This document shows, piece by piece, positions 8,747 through 17,687 of a stretch of 34,626 nt of DNA (position 1 is its first letter; each line of letters begins with the position of its first letter). Position numbers and translations under genes: made by a program. Origin of the DNA: Trueperaceae bacterium. Its GTDB lineage: Bacteria; Deinococcota; Deinococci; Deinococcales; Trueperaceae. Location of the stretch: assembly GCA_007128755.1 (NCBI GenBank), contig SKWV01000455.1, positions 1 to 34,626 on the forward strand, read 5' to 3'. The notes beneath the pieces are model-generated. The model was not told the DNA's origin. It worked only from the letters and a program-made list of their open reading frames with translations, and did not search any database.

Positions 8747-9472
8747 TCAGCTGGCCGCAGGCAGCTCCCCAGGATCGGCGCCTGCGTGCTCCTCGCCGTC
8801 GAGAGCGGCGACGAGGTCGGCCGCGGTCGCGATGTGCCGCTCGAGCCCCCGCACCGCGCGCTCGACGTCGCCCGCCTCGACGGCGTCGACGATCGGGAGG
8901 TGGTTGTAGACGATGGTCATCGTGTCGTCGTTCTGCAGGTTCCGTAGCGCCATGATCTGCCGAACCCGCATGTTGAGATCCCGCCAAGCCTCTCGCAGGA
9001 GCCCGTGATCGGCCATCTCGATGAGGCGCTCGTGGAAACGCTCGTCCTCCTCCGACAGCCGCGCCCAGTCGCCTGCCGCCGCCGAGGCCTCCATCGCGTC
9101 GCATCCGGCCCGCAGCACCCGCCCCGTCTCGGCGGCGTCGCGCGCCATCGCACGGCGCAACGCGAAGGTCTCGAGGAGGCTGCGAAGGCTGTACACCTCC
9201 TCGACGTCGGCAGCCGTCAAGCGACGCACGGTCGTGCCCCGGTACGGAATCGTCTCGACGAGGTGACTGTTCGCGAGCAGCTGCAGGGCCTCTCGCACGG
9301 GGGCGCGGCTCACGCCGAGGCGCGCGGCGATGTCGGTCTCGACGAGGGCGTCGCCCGGCTTGAACTCGCCCCCGAGGATCGCGGCTTGCAGCGCGTCGGC
9401 GATCTGTTGCCTGAGGGGCCGCGTGTCGATGCCGGCCAGGTTGGATCGCGGGGTCTGGAGGTCGCCCATCAT
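8747..9472 (-). CDS. GntR-family transcriptional regulator, FadR-like (winged HTH plus helical FCD-type C-terminal domain)
   Basis: HTH segment ETDIAARLGVSRAPVREALQLLANSHLVE, followed by a helical C-terminal domain. I prefer start ATG 9472 (GGAAGGA SD) over the track start at 9493. Confidence 0.85.
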   Translation of the reverse strand: MMGDLQTPRSNLAGIDTRPLRQQIADALQAAILGGEFKPGDALVETDIAARLGVSRAPVREALQLLANSHLVETIPYRGTTVRRLTAADVEEVYSLRSLLETFALRRAMARDAAETGRVLRAGCDAMEASAAAGDWARLSEEDERFHERLIEMADHGLLREAWRDLNMRVRQIMALRNLQNDDTMTIVYNHLPIVDAVEAGDVERAVRGLERHIATAADLVAALDGEEHAGADPGELPAAS

Positions 9473-9484
9473 GCAGTTCCTTCC

Positions 9485-9513
9485 TTGACACATCCCGGTC
9501 GGGACCCTATCCT
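9485..9513 (+). promoter_or_regulatory. Sigma-70/SigA-type promoter for the plus-strand operon
   Basis: TTGACA (9485..9490), an exactly 17-nt spacer, then TATCCT (9508..9513). The operator starts 6 nt after the -10. Confidence 0.65.
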
Positions 9514-9519
9514 AACGCT

Positions 9520-9537
9520 ATTGTCGACAATCGACAG
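9520..9537 (+). promoter_or_regulatory. 18-bp GntR-type operator ATTGTCGACAATCGACAG, copy 2
   Basis: Identical 18-mer to the minus-strand reading of 8584..8601. It sits between two face-to-face -10 boxes (9508..9513 on plus, 9542..9547 on minus). Confidence 0.7.
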
Positions 9538-9541
9538 GGCG

Positions 9542-9570
9542 AGCATAGGCAGCGCCCGAGTCGGTGTCAA
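9542..9570 (-). promoter_or_regulatory. Sigma-70/SigA-type promoter for the gntR gene (autoregulated candidate)
   Basis: The minus strand reads TTGACA (9570..9565), a 17-nt spacer, then TATGCT (9547..9542). The predicted transcription start falls inside the operator. Confidence 0.6.
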
Positions 9571-9644
9571 GGGCATTCGAACCCGGTTTCGTCGCGCACC
9601 TTCTGCGCCGACGTCTCGGTACCCGAACAACCCGGAGGTACGTC

Positions 9645-11069
9645 GTGGCCGCACCAGATCCCGCAGAGAAGTTCGTCGCCGTCCAGATCAGCCCGGTCAG
9701 CTTCATCGACGAGGGCGTCGATCAGGTGCTGGACACGCTCCAGGAGCGCATCGGCGTGAACGTCCTGATGATCGGCACCGTATCATGGCTCGGCTTGAAG
9801 GCCGGACGCTCGATCTCCCACAAGCTCGACGGCTGGCCCGACCATGGCGTCCCGGAGCCTTTCGCCATGAAGGGTGGCGCCTACTTCGATCCCGACCCCG
9901 CCTACTACGGCAAGACCCTGATCAAGGACTTCAAGGCGAAGGACCCCGAGATGGCCGGGCGCAACGTCCTCGAGATGGTCATCCCAGCGGCGCGCGCCCG
10001 GGGCATGCAGGTCTTCATCGAACTGATGGAGCCCTTCTTCAAGTACGCCGGGCACGGCTCGGTGAACAACGTCGCGATCCCGAACCTACCGCAGCTCCTC
10101 GAGGTCGACCTGTTCGGGCGGATCGGCGGCGAGCCGAGCACGAGCAATCCCGACTACCGCAACTGGATCCTGTCGATGGTCGAGGACCAGGTGCGCAACT
10201 ATGACCTCGACGGCGTGATGTGGTGCAACGAACGCCGCAGCCCGCTCGACCAGATGATCGCCGGGCAGGCGCCGACCGACTTCGGCCCCGCAGCGCGGCG
10301 CGAGGCGATCGAACGCGGCATCGACGTAGAGCGAGTCCGCATCGCCTTCCAGGAGGTCTGGACGTACTTCCAGCAGGCGCGATCGGGGACCGCGTTCGTG
10401 GACGGTGCGTTCATCGAGTTCCTACGCGTGCTCTTCCGCAACCCCGAGATCCTCATCTGGGAGCGCTTCTGGCTGGAGCGCAACAAGGACCTCGACCGGG
10501 AGCTCTACGGCCTGGTGAAGTGGTGCGACCCGAACCTCTCCTTCGGCCTCAACGTCTGGAACCGCAACCACTTCAACCCGTTCCGCAAGGCGCAGTGGCC
10601 GTGGGAGGAGCAGACCCTCTATGCCGACTGGGTCAAGCCAATCACGTACCAGCACCAGTCCGGCCTCATCTACCACAACGAGCAGTCCGACCTGCACAAG
10701 AGCATCCTTCGCGACCTCACGCCCGAAGAGTTCACGCCCATCATGTACAAGCTTCTCGGCCTGCAGGAGGCGCCGTGGGAGGAGGTCGTGCAGACCGGTA
10801 TGGACCCCGACACGTACGTGCGCGGCCAGTGCGCCGACGCCGTGCGCGGCGTCGACGGCAAGGCCAAGGTCTACATGGGCATCGGCGTCGACGCCCCGCG
10901 GTCGCGCGAGGACCAGGCGGTCTGCACGCCCGACATCGTGCGCCGCAGTGTGCTCGCGACCTACGAGGCGGGCGGTGAAGGCGTCGTCTTCTCCCCCAAC
11001 TACGCCAGCATGAAGCTCACCAATCTCGACGGCGCCGCCGAGGCGCTCACGGAACTAGGGCTCAGGTAG
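9645..11069 (+). CDS. Uncharacterised protein, possibly a TIM-barrel (glycoside-hydrolase-like) hydrolase
   Basis: Start GTG 9645 with GGAGG 6 nt upstream. The track start at 9564 has no SD and overlaps the gntR promoter. 474 aa with no signal peptide. Alternating strand/helix-like segments (FVAVQISP, GMQVFIELMEP, LDGVMWCNERRSP, KVYMGIGVD). The CNE motif resembles the acid/base NE of clan GH-A enzymes. I recognise no family with confidence. Confidence 0.5.
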   Translation: MAAPDPAEKFVAVQISPVSFIDEGVDQVLDTLQERIGVNVLMIGTVSWLGLKAGRSISHKLDGWPDHGVPEPFAMKGGAYFDPDPAYYGKTLIKDFKAKDPEMAGRNVLEMVIPAARARGMQVFIELMEPFFKYAGHGSVNNVAIPNLPQLLEVDLFGRIGGEPSTSNPDYRNWILSMVEDQVRNYDLDGVMWCNERRSPLDQMIAGQAPTDFGPAARREAIERGIDVERVRIAFQEVWTYFQQARSGTAFVDGAFIEFLRVLFRNPEILIWERFWLERNKDLDRELYGLVKWCDPNLSFGLNVWNRNHFNPFRKAQWPWEEQTLYADWVKPITYQHQSGLIYHNEQSDLHKSILRDLTPEEFTPIMYKLLGLQEAPWEEVVQTGMDPDTYVRGQCADAVRGVDGKAKVYMGIGVDAPRSREDQAVCTPDIVRRSVLATYEAGGEGVVFSPNYASMKLTNLDGAAEALTELGLR

Positions 11070-11187
11070 CCGTCCCATCGCAGGCACGAAGCATGGCCGC
11101 TCCCGGCCGTCGCACGCCCCCTCCCCCTTCGGCACCACCCGCTCGACACCGCATGCCGCTCCACGGCAGCGGTCCTCAGGAGGTTCC

Positions 11188-12744
11188 ATGCGCTCTCTAC
11201 TCATCGCCCTCGTCCTCGTCTTAGCGACCACCGCCGGCGCGGCGTTCGCCCAGTCCCGCGATGCCGATACCCTGGTGATCGCCCAAGGCGCCGACGCCAC
11301 CTCGCTCGACCCCTCCAGCATCGGCTCGATCGTGGCCGACAACATCGCCAAGCACCTCTGGGCGAGCCTGCTCGAGATCACGCCCGACGGCGAGATCGTG
11401 CCCTACCTGGCAGAGTCCTTCGAGGTCTCGGACGACGGCACCGAGATCACCTTCCGGCTCTTCGAGGGTCTGCAGTGCCACGACGGTGAGGCGCTCACCG
11501 CCGAGGACGTGGCGTACACGTTCCAGCGCGCCGCGGACCCCGCCAACGCCTTCACCGGCAACACTCCCGGATTCATCTTCAACAGCCTCGGCTACGTCGA
11601 CGCGCGCGTCGACGACGAACTCACCGTCACGATCCTGACCGACGCGTACAGCTCCATCGCGCCCGGTCTCATCGCCGAGGTCCGCATCCACTGCAAGGAC
11701 TCCTACGAGGCCATGACGCTCGACGAGGCCGCCCTCCGCCCGATCGGCTCCGGTCCGTACCGGTTCGTCGAGTGGGTCCGCGACGAGCGTCTCGTGATGG
11801 AGCGCGCCGACACCTTCGATCTGCGTGAGGCGAACTTCGAGCGACTCGTCTGGCGGGTCATCCCCGAGGCGAGCACGCGCGCCGCGGAGCTCATCGCCGG
11901 CAACGTCGACATCGTGGACGCGATCGCGCCCGATCAGATCGACGCCGTCAACGCCGGTCCGGTCTCGCGCGTGCTGCCCGTCCCCGGCACGACCCGCGTC
12001 TTCCTCGGCTTCAACATGGGCGAGGCGTTCGACGGCGCGGAAGGCGGCGCTCAGGCGATCCGCGACACCGCGGTGCGTGTCGCGCTGCAGTACGCGGTCG
12101 ACGTCCCCACCATCTGCCGTACGCTCCTCGCCACCGAGTGCGACCGCGCCACCGGCATGGTCAACCCGCCCAACGCCCACCCGACGCTCGAGCCGTACCC
12201 GTTCGACCCGGAGCTCGCCGAGCAACTCCTCGACGAGGCCGGCTACCCGCGCGGCGCCGACGGCGTGCGCTTCAGCATCGACCTCGAGGTCCCGAGCGGC
12301 CGCGCCTACACCGACACCGCGCTCGTGATCGGCCAGTACCTGAGCGACATCGGCGTCCAGACGAACGTCGCCCTGCAGGACTTCGCCACGGTGTTCGTGC
12401 CCGCACTCATCGGCAAGACCGCCGGCCCCCTCTTCATGATCGGCTCGGGCGGCGCCATCTGGAGCGCCCAGTACGACATGGCCGACCTGCGGGCCCCAGA
12501 AGGCGCCACGAACTACGCCAGCTGGACCAACCCCGATTGGTTCTCGGGCTGGGACCGCCTTGGCCAGACCCGCGATCCCGCCGAGCAGGACGCGATCGTC
12601 AACGAGATGCTCGAGGTCTTCTACAACGATCCGCCTTGGCTCATGCTCTACTTCCAGCCGCTCTACTACGGCGCCTCCGAGCGCATCGAGTGGGAGCCGC
12701 GGCGCGACGCCCGGATCATCGTCGGCGGGGCGCGAGCGCGCTGA
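11188..12744 (+). CDS. ABC transporter substrate-binding protein, family 5 (peptide/nickel/opine type)
   Basis: 518 aa with signal peptide MRSLLIALVLVLATTAGAAFAQ. The mature N-terminus DTLVIAQGADATSLDP and the length are typical of DppA/OppA-type SBPs. CAGGAGG SD. Confidence 0.85.
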   Translation: MRSLLIALVLVLATTAGAAFAQSRDADTLVIAQGADATSLDPSSIGSIVADNIAKHLWASLLEITPDGEIVPYLAESFEVSDDGTEITFRLFEGLQCHDGEALTAEDVAYTFQRAADPANAFTGNTPGFIFNSLGYVDARVDDELTVTILTDAYSSIAPGLIAEVRIHCKDSYEAMTLDEAALRPIGSGPYRFVEWVRDERLVMERADTFDLREANFERLVWRVIPEASTRAAELIAGNVDIVDAIAPDQIDAVNAGPVSRVLPVPGTTRVFLGFNMGEAFDGAEGGAQAIRDTAVRVALQYAVDVPTICRTLLATECDRATGMVNPPNAHPTLEPYPFDPELAEQLLDEAGYPRGADGVRFSIDLEVPSGRAYTDTALVIGQYLSDIGVQTNVALQDFATVFVPALIGKTAGPLFMIGSGGAIWSAQYDMADLRAPEGATNYASWTNPDWFSGWDRLGQTRDPAEQDAIVNEMLEVFYNDPPWLMLYFQPLYYGASERIEWEPRRDARIIVGGARAR

Positions 12745-12758
12745 GCGTCTCGACCCCC

Positions 12759-14705
12759 ATGCACCTCGACGCACTGCTCGAGCTCCGCACCGTCTCCGAC
12801 CACGCACTCTCGCCCTCCGGTACGCACGCGGCCGCCGTCGTGACCCGCATCGTGCGCGACGCTCCGCCACGCTACGCGAGCCACATCCACCTCTACGACA
12901 CCTCGACCCTTGCCGGGACCGTGCTCACGCACGGTCCCGGCAAGGACACGCAGCCCGCCTTCAGCCCCGACGGACGCACCCTGGCGTTCCTCTCGGACCG
13001 GCAAGGAGGAGCACCGCAGCTCCACGTCATCGCGCTCGCCGGAGGCGAGGCGCGCTGCGTGAGCGACCTCCCCGCCGGCGTGACCGAGTTCGCCTGGCAC
13101 CCGAGCGGCGACTGGTGCGCGGTGGTGAGCCGCGGCGAGAAGGACCCGGACCTGGGCGGCCTAGGCCGCGTGATCACCCAGCCGTACTACAAGCAAGACG
13201 GCAACGGGTTCCGCTCCGATCGACCGGCGCAGGCTTGGCGGGTGGAGACGGACGGTACGACGACGCAGCTCACCGATGGCCCCACGAGCGTCTCCGACGT
13301 GATCTTCGACGCCGCCGGCGCGCTGCTCTTCGCGGCGGCGCGCACGGTCCGGGACGAGGGCTACTACTACCGCGACGTCTGGCGCCTCACCCAGGGCGAC
13401 GACGCGCCGAGCCCGCTCGTCGCCCAGGCGAACCCCCTCATCGCCAGCAAGCCGAGCGCAGCGCCGGGCCGCGCCGCCATCGCTTACCTGGCCCCCAGCG
13501 ACCCAGGTCGCATCAGCTCCCCGACCGGGCTCTGGGTCGTGCCGACCGCCGGCGGCATGCCGCGCCTGCTCACGCAAGACCTCGACTGCACCCCGCTCGT
13601 CGGCGGCGACGCACGCTACGGCCGCTACCCCTACGCACCGGCCTGGATCGACGACGACACGATCCTCGTCCTCGCGAACCGCCGTGGCAGCGCCTGCGTG
13701 GCCCGCGTCGACGTGGTGTCGGGCGAGCGCACCGACCTTCAAGAACCCGGCCGCGTGGTCACGGGTTTCGTCGCCTCCGGAGGCGTCATCGCCTTCACCT
13801 CCGAGACGGCCAACGCACCGGGCGAACTCTTCGTCCGGACGGCCTCGGGCGACGAGCTTCGGCTCAGCCGCGAGAACGACGCGTGGTCGGAGCGACACGC
13901 GCCGATCGCCGTCGATCCCGAGATCGTGCTCCCCACCGACGACGGCGAGGCGGAGATCTCGTACTGGACCCTCACGCCCCGGGAGCCGCGCTCCGATCGC
14001 GCGCTCGTGCTGCAGATCCATGGCGGCCCACGCACCACGTACGGCCACGGGTTCTCGTTCGAGATGCAGATCCTGGCGGCGCGGGGCTACACGGTCGTGT
14101 TCGGCAACCCGCGCGGCGGCGCCGGCTACGGCTACGCCTTCTCGGAGGCCATCACCGGCCGCGTCGGCACCATCGACGCCGACGACGTCATGGCGATCGC
14201 GCGGCACGCACGTGCGCGGCATACCGACGCAGGCGCGCCGATGCACGTGACCGGGGGCTCCTACGGCGGGTTCATGACCAACTGGCTGGTCGGGCAGACC
14301 GACACGTTCACCTCGGCCGTCACCCAGCGCTCGATCAGCAACTGGTCGTCGTTCTACGGCACGTCCGACGTCGGCTTCAGCTGGATCCACATCGAGACCG
14401 GTGGCAACCCCTGGGAGCACACGCAGCGCCTCTGGGACCAGAGCCCCATGAAACACGTGGCGAACGTCACCACGCCGCTGCTCATCCTCCACGCCGAGGA
14501 GGATCACCGCTGCCCGATCGAGCAGGCCGAGCAGTTCTTCGTCGCGCTCTGCGTGCTTGGCCGCGCTCCCGTGGAGCTCGTCCGCTTCCCGGACGAGGGG
14601 CACGACCTCTCTCGGTCCGGCCGTCCCGACCGACGCATCCATCGGCTCGAGGCGATCCTCGGTTGGTTCGAGCGGCACCCAGAGAGGAGGGCGCCCGGTG
14701 GCTGA
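12759..14705 (+). CDS. S9 family serine peptidase (prolyl oligopeptidase / acylaminoacyl-peptidase type)
   Basis: The track ORF starts at 12138 inside the SBP gene. The first ATG after the SBP stop is 12759. Beta-propeller-like N-terminal half (PAFSPDGRTLAF). Catalytic elements GGSYGGFM, EEDHRCP and DEGHDL. Confidence 0.85.
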   Translation: MHLDALLELRTVSDHALSPSGTHAAAVVTRIVRDAPPRYASHIHLYDTSTLAGTVLTHGPGKDTQPAFSPDGRTLAFLSDRQGGAPQLHVIALAGGEARCVSDLPAGVTEFAWHPSGDWCAVVSRGEKDPDLGGLGRVITQPYYKQDGNGFRSDRPAQAWRVETDGTTTQLTDGPTSVSDVIFDAAGALLFAAARTVRDEGYYYRDVWRLTQGDDAPSPLVAQANPLIASKPSAAPGRAAIAYLAPSDPGRISSPTGLWVVPTAGGMPRLLTQDLDCTPLVGGDARYGRYPYAPAWIDDDTILVLANRRGSACVARVDVVSGERTDLQEPGRVVTGFVASGGVIAFTSETANAPGELFVRTASGDELRLSRENDAWSERHAPIAVDPEIVLPTDDGEAEISYWTLTPREPRSDRALVLQIHGGPRTTYGHGFSFEMQILAARGYTVVFGNPRGGAGYGYAFSEAITGRVGTIDADDVMAIARHARARHTDAGAPMHVTGGSYGGFMTNWLVGQTDTFTSAVTQRSISNWSSFYGTSDVGFSWIHIETGGNPWEHTQRLWDQSPMKHVANVTTPLLILHAEEDHRCPIEQAEQFFVALCVLGRAPVELVRFPDEGHDLSRSGRPDRRIHRLEAILGWFERHPERRAPGG

Positions 14706-16212
14706 GTCGGCGTTCGAGCACCTTCGTGCCCGTCTGGCCGACGTGGTCGACATCCGGGGGGCGGAGTACCTCCTCAAGTGGGACCAGTCGACCTACATGC
14801 CACCTGGGGGCGCGCCTGCCAGGGCGCGCCAGCGTGCGCTGCTGAGCCAACTCGCCCACGAGCGGCTCGTCGATCCCGAGGTCGGTCGGCTCCTCGAGCG
14901 GGCCGAGCGGGAGGTCGCGGACGAACCGCCCGACGGTTTCGAGGCGGCCTTCGTGCGGGTGGCGCGACGCGACTTCGAGCGCGAGGCCGCGATCCCCCCC
15001 GCGTTCACACGCGCCTTCGGGGCGCACACGGCCGCCACCTACCAGACGTGGACGGAGGCCCGTCCCGCCGACGACGTGGCGCGCATGCTCCCACTGCTCG
15101 AGCGCACGCTCGACATGAGCCGCACCCTCGCGGGGTTCCAGGGCGCCGCCGAGCACGTCGCCGACCCGCTCATCGCGCGCAGCGACTTCGGCTTCACCGT
15201 GGCCATGCTGCGTCCGCTCTTCGCGCGCCTGCGCGCGACGCTCGTGCCGCTGGCGCGGCGCGTGCAGGCGTGCGAAGCGCCGCGCGACGACTTCGTGCGG
15301 CGCACGTACGCACTCGACGAGCAGTTCGCGTTCGCCGCGGCGCGCGTCGCGGAGTTCGGGTACGACATGCGCCGGGGGCGACTCGATCCGACCCACCACC
15401 CGTTCGCGATCGAGTTCAGCATCGACGACGTCCGCATCACCACGCGCGGGCGGCGCGATTACTTGGTCGAGGCGTTGGCGTGCACGTTCCACGAGAGCGG
15501 CCACGGCATGTACCACCAGGGGCTCGATCCACGCCTCGAAGCGACGCTGCTCGCCGACGGCACCTCGGCCGGCGTGCACGAGAGCCAGTCGCGCATGTGG
15601 GAGAACCGGATCGGCCGCTCGCGAGCGTTCTGGTCCTACGCCTTCGGCCCGCTGCAGGACGCCTTCCCCGACCAGCTCGCGGACGTCGACGCGGAGTCCT
15701 TCTACCGGGCCATGAACGTGGTACGCCCCGGCGTGATCCGGACGCGGGCCGACGAGCTCACCTACGACCTCCACGTCATCGTGCGCTTCGAGCTCGAGCT
15801 CGAGTTGCTCGAGGGCACGTTGGCGGTGGCGGACCTGAGCGAGGCCTGGCACGCGCGCTACGAAGAGGTGGTGGGCGTGCGCGCCGACACCGATCGCGAC
15901 GGCGTCCTGCAGGACGTGCACTGGTTCGCCGGCCCGATCGGCGGCGCCTTCCAGGGGTACACGCTCGGCAACGTCCTCGCGGCGCAGTTCTGGGACGCCG
16001 CCGTTGGTGAGCACCCGGAGGTTCCCGACGACGTGGCGCGCGGGCGGTTCGACACCCTGACGCGCTGGACGCGCGAGCGCATCCATCGGCACGGTCGTGC
16101 AATCGATCCCCTGGCGCTCATCGAGCAGGTGGCTGGCGGCCCCCTCGACACAGGCCCCTACGAGCGCTATCTGCGCGACAAGTACGAGGACCTCTACCCG
16201 AGCGCCGGCTGA
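14698..16212 (+). CDS. M32 carboxypeptidase (carboxypeptidase Taq family)
   Basis: GTG 14698 with AGAGGAGG SD, overlapping the S9 stop by 8 nt. HESGHGMYHQG (HExxH) and IRTRADELTYDLHVIVRFELE match M32 signatures. Confidence 0.85.
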   Translation: MAESAFEHLRARLADVVDIRGAEYLLKWDQSTYMPPGGAPARARQRALLSQLAHERLVDPEVGRLLERAEREVADEPPDGFEAAFVRVARRDFEREAAIPPAFTRAFGAHTAATYQTWTEARPADDVARMLPLLERTLDMSRTLAGFQGAAEHVADPLIARSDFGFTVAMLRPLFARLRATLVPLARRVQACEAPRDDFVRRTYALDEQFAFAAARVAEFGYDMRRGRLDPTHHPFAIEFSIDDVRITTRGRRDYLVEALACTFHESGHGMYHQGLDPRLEATLLADGTSAGVHESQSRMWENRIGRSRAFWSYAFGPLQDAFPDQLADVDAESFYRAMNVVRPGVIRTRADELTYDLHVIVRFELELELLEGTLAVADLSEAWHARYEEVVGVRADTDRDGVLQDVHWFAGPIGGAFQGYTLGNVLAAQFWDAAVGEHPEVPDDVARGRFDTLTRWTRERIHRHGRAIDPLALIEQVAGGPLDTGPYERYLRDKYEDLYPSAG

Positions 16213-16401
16213 GCGCGGTCGCCGGTCCCGCCGTCGATCGCCAGCGAGGCGAGGCGCCCGGAAGACGACCGGCTACCACGTCGCGCGGGCTCGGGGCGGA
16301 GGGCCGACGCGCATGCTGCACCGTGTGGCCCGCACGCTCGGACGTCGGGGCCGGCATGCGACGATGGGTGGCGTGCACGACGAGAGTGGAGGGTCACGAC
16401 G

Positions 16402-17634
16402 GTGAACGTAGACGGAGCGCGCCTGTGGGATCGTATCCAGCGCCTCGGACGCATCGGCGAGGTCGCCGCAGGCGGCATCGTGCGTCCTGCATACGGAGAC
16501 GCGCACGCGGAGGCCGCCGGCAGGGTGGCTGGCTGGATGCGCGAGGCCGGCCTCGAACCGGGCCTCGACGCGACCGGCAACCTGATCGCGGTGCTGCCGG
16601 GCTCGCGCCCCGAACTCGGGGCGATCGGCATTGGCTCCCACCTCGACACCGTCCCGAACGGGGGCGCCTTCGACGGCGCCCTCGGTGTGTTGGCGGCCCT
16701 CGAGGTGGCGCAGGCGCTGCACGAGCGGGGCGTGCGGCCTAAGCGGTCGGTCGCGGTGATCGGCTTCGCGGACGAGGAAGGCAACAACTTCGGCATCGGC
16801 GTGCTCTCGGCGCAGCTCTGGATCGACGAGATCTCGCCGGCCGACTACGGGTCCATCACCGACACGAAGGGCCGCGGGCTCGACGCGTACCTCGCTGCGT
16901 TCGGGGTCGCAGGCGTCCCGCGGGTGGCGCGCCCCGAGCTCGCCGGCTACCTCGAGCTGCATGTCGAACAGGGCCCCGTGCTCGACGCGGACGGCGGACG
17001 CGCCGCCGCGGTGGAGGGGATCGTCGGGATCTCGCGCACGACGGTGCGCTTCATCGGCGAGGCGAACCACGCCGGCACCACCCCCCTCGCCCTGCGCAAG
17101 GACGCGCTCCTCGGCGGCGCCGAGCTGGCACTCGCGGTCCGCCACCTGGGCGAGTCCACCGGCGATCGCGCCGTGACGACCGTCGGCGTGTTCGAGACCC
17201 TCCCGGGCGCCACCAACGTCATCCCCGGCGAGGTCCGCATGCGTGTCGAGATGCGCTCTCCCGACGAGGCCCTGATGGACGATCTGCGCGGACGCGTCGA
17301 GCGCGCCGCATGCGCGGCCGCGGAGCGTCACGGCCTCGAGGTGTCGCTCGAGGCATGGCACCACGCCCCGGCCGTTCCCATGCACCCAGCGGCGCTGCGG
17401 GCCACCCAGGAGGCGCTCGCCGACGCGGGCCTGCCCGTACGCACCATGCCCTCCTGGGCGGGGCACGACGCGAAGGTCCTCGCCCGGCGCATGCCGACCG
17501 GGATGCTCTTCGTGCCCAGCAACGGCGGGATCAGCCACGCACCGGGCGAGGCGACCGACCCGGAGGCGTGCGCGCTCGGCGCGGAAGCGCTCTTCCACGC
17601 CGTCGTCCGGCTGGCCCAGAGCGACGACCTCTGA
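16402..17634 (+). CDS. M20-family amidohydrolase (allantoate amidohydrolase / N-carbamoyl-L-amino-acid hydrolase / beta-ureidopropionase branch)
   Basis: GTG start with GGAGGG SD. GSHLDTVPNGGAFDGALGV and GFADEEG are typical of the AllC/AmaB branch. Confidence 0.8.
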   Translation: MNVDGARLWDRIQRLGRIGEVAAGGIVRPAYGDAHAEAAGRVAGWMREAGLEPGLDATGNLIAVLPGSRPELGAIGIGSHLDTVPNGGAFDGALGVLAALEVAQALHERGVRPKRSVAVIGFADEEGNNFGIGVLSAQLWIDEISPADYGSITDTKGRGLDAYLAAFGVAGVPRVARPELAGYLELHVEQGPVLDADGGRAAAVEGIVGISRTTVRFIGEANHAGTTPLALRKDALLGGAELALAVRHLGESTGDRAVTTVGVFETLPGATNVIPGEVRMRVEMRSPDEALMDDLRGRVERAACAAAERHGLEVSLEAWHHAPAVPMHPAALRATQEALADAGLPVRTMPSWAGHDAKVLARRMPTGMLFVPSNGGISHAPGEATDPEACALGAEALFHAVVRLAQSDDL

Positions 17635-17687
17635 CGCCTGCCGGCGCCCCGGTGTGATTCCCCCGATCCCCCCGCCGAGGAGGCACC

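Noticed and set aside
9591-9612. Hairpin GTCGCGCA-CCTTC-TGCGCCGAC in the approximately 125-nt leader of the plus operon; possible riboswitch
   Set aside because: It is only a short bulged stem and resembles no riboswitch class I know. Regulation is already explained by the operator, so I left it as unsupported.
9564-9644. Upstream GTG start at 9564 for the unknown protein
   Set aside because: There is no SD, the codon overlaps the -35 of the gntR promoter, and the added 27 aa are Arg-rich (RAFEPGFVAHLLRRRLGTRTTRRY). GTG 9645 has GGAGG at ideal spacing. I cannot fully exclude the upstream start, because it lies inside the predicted transcript.
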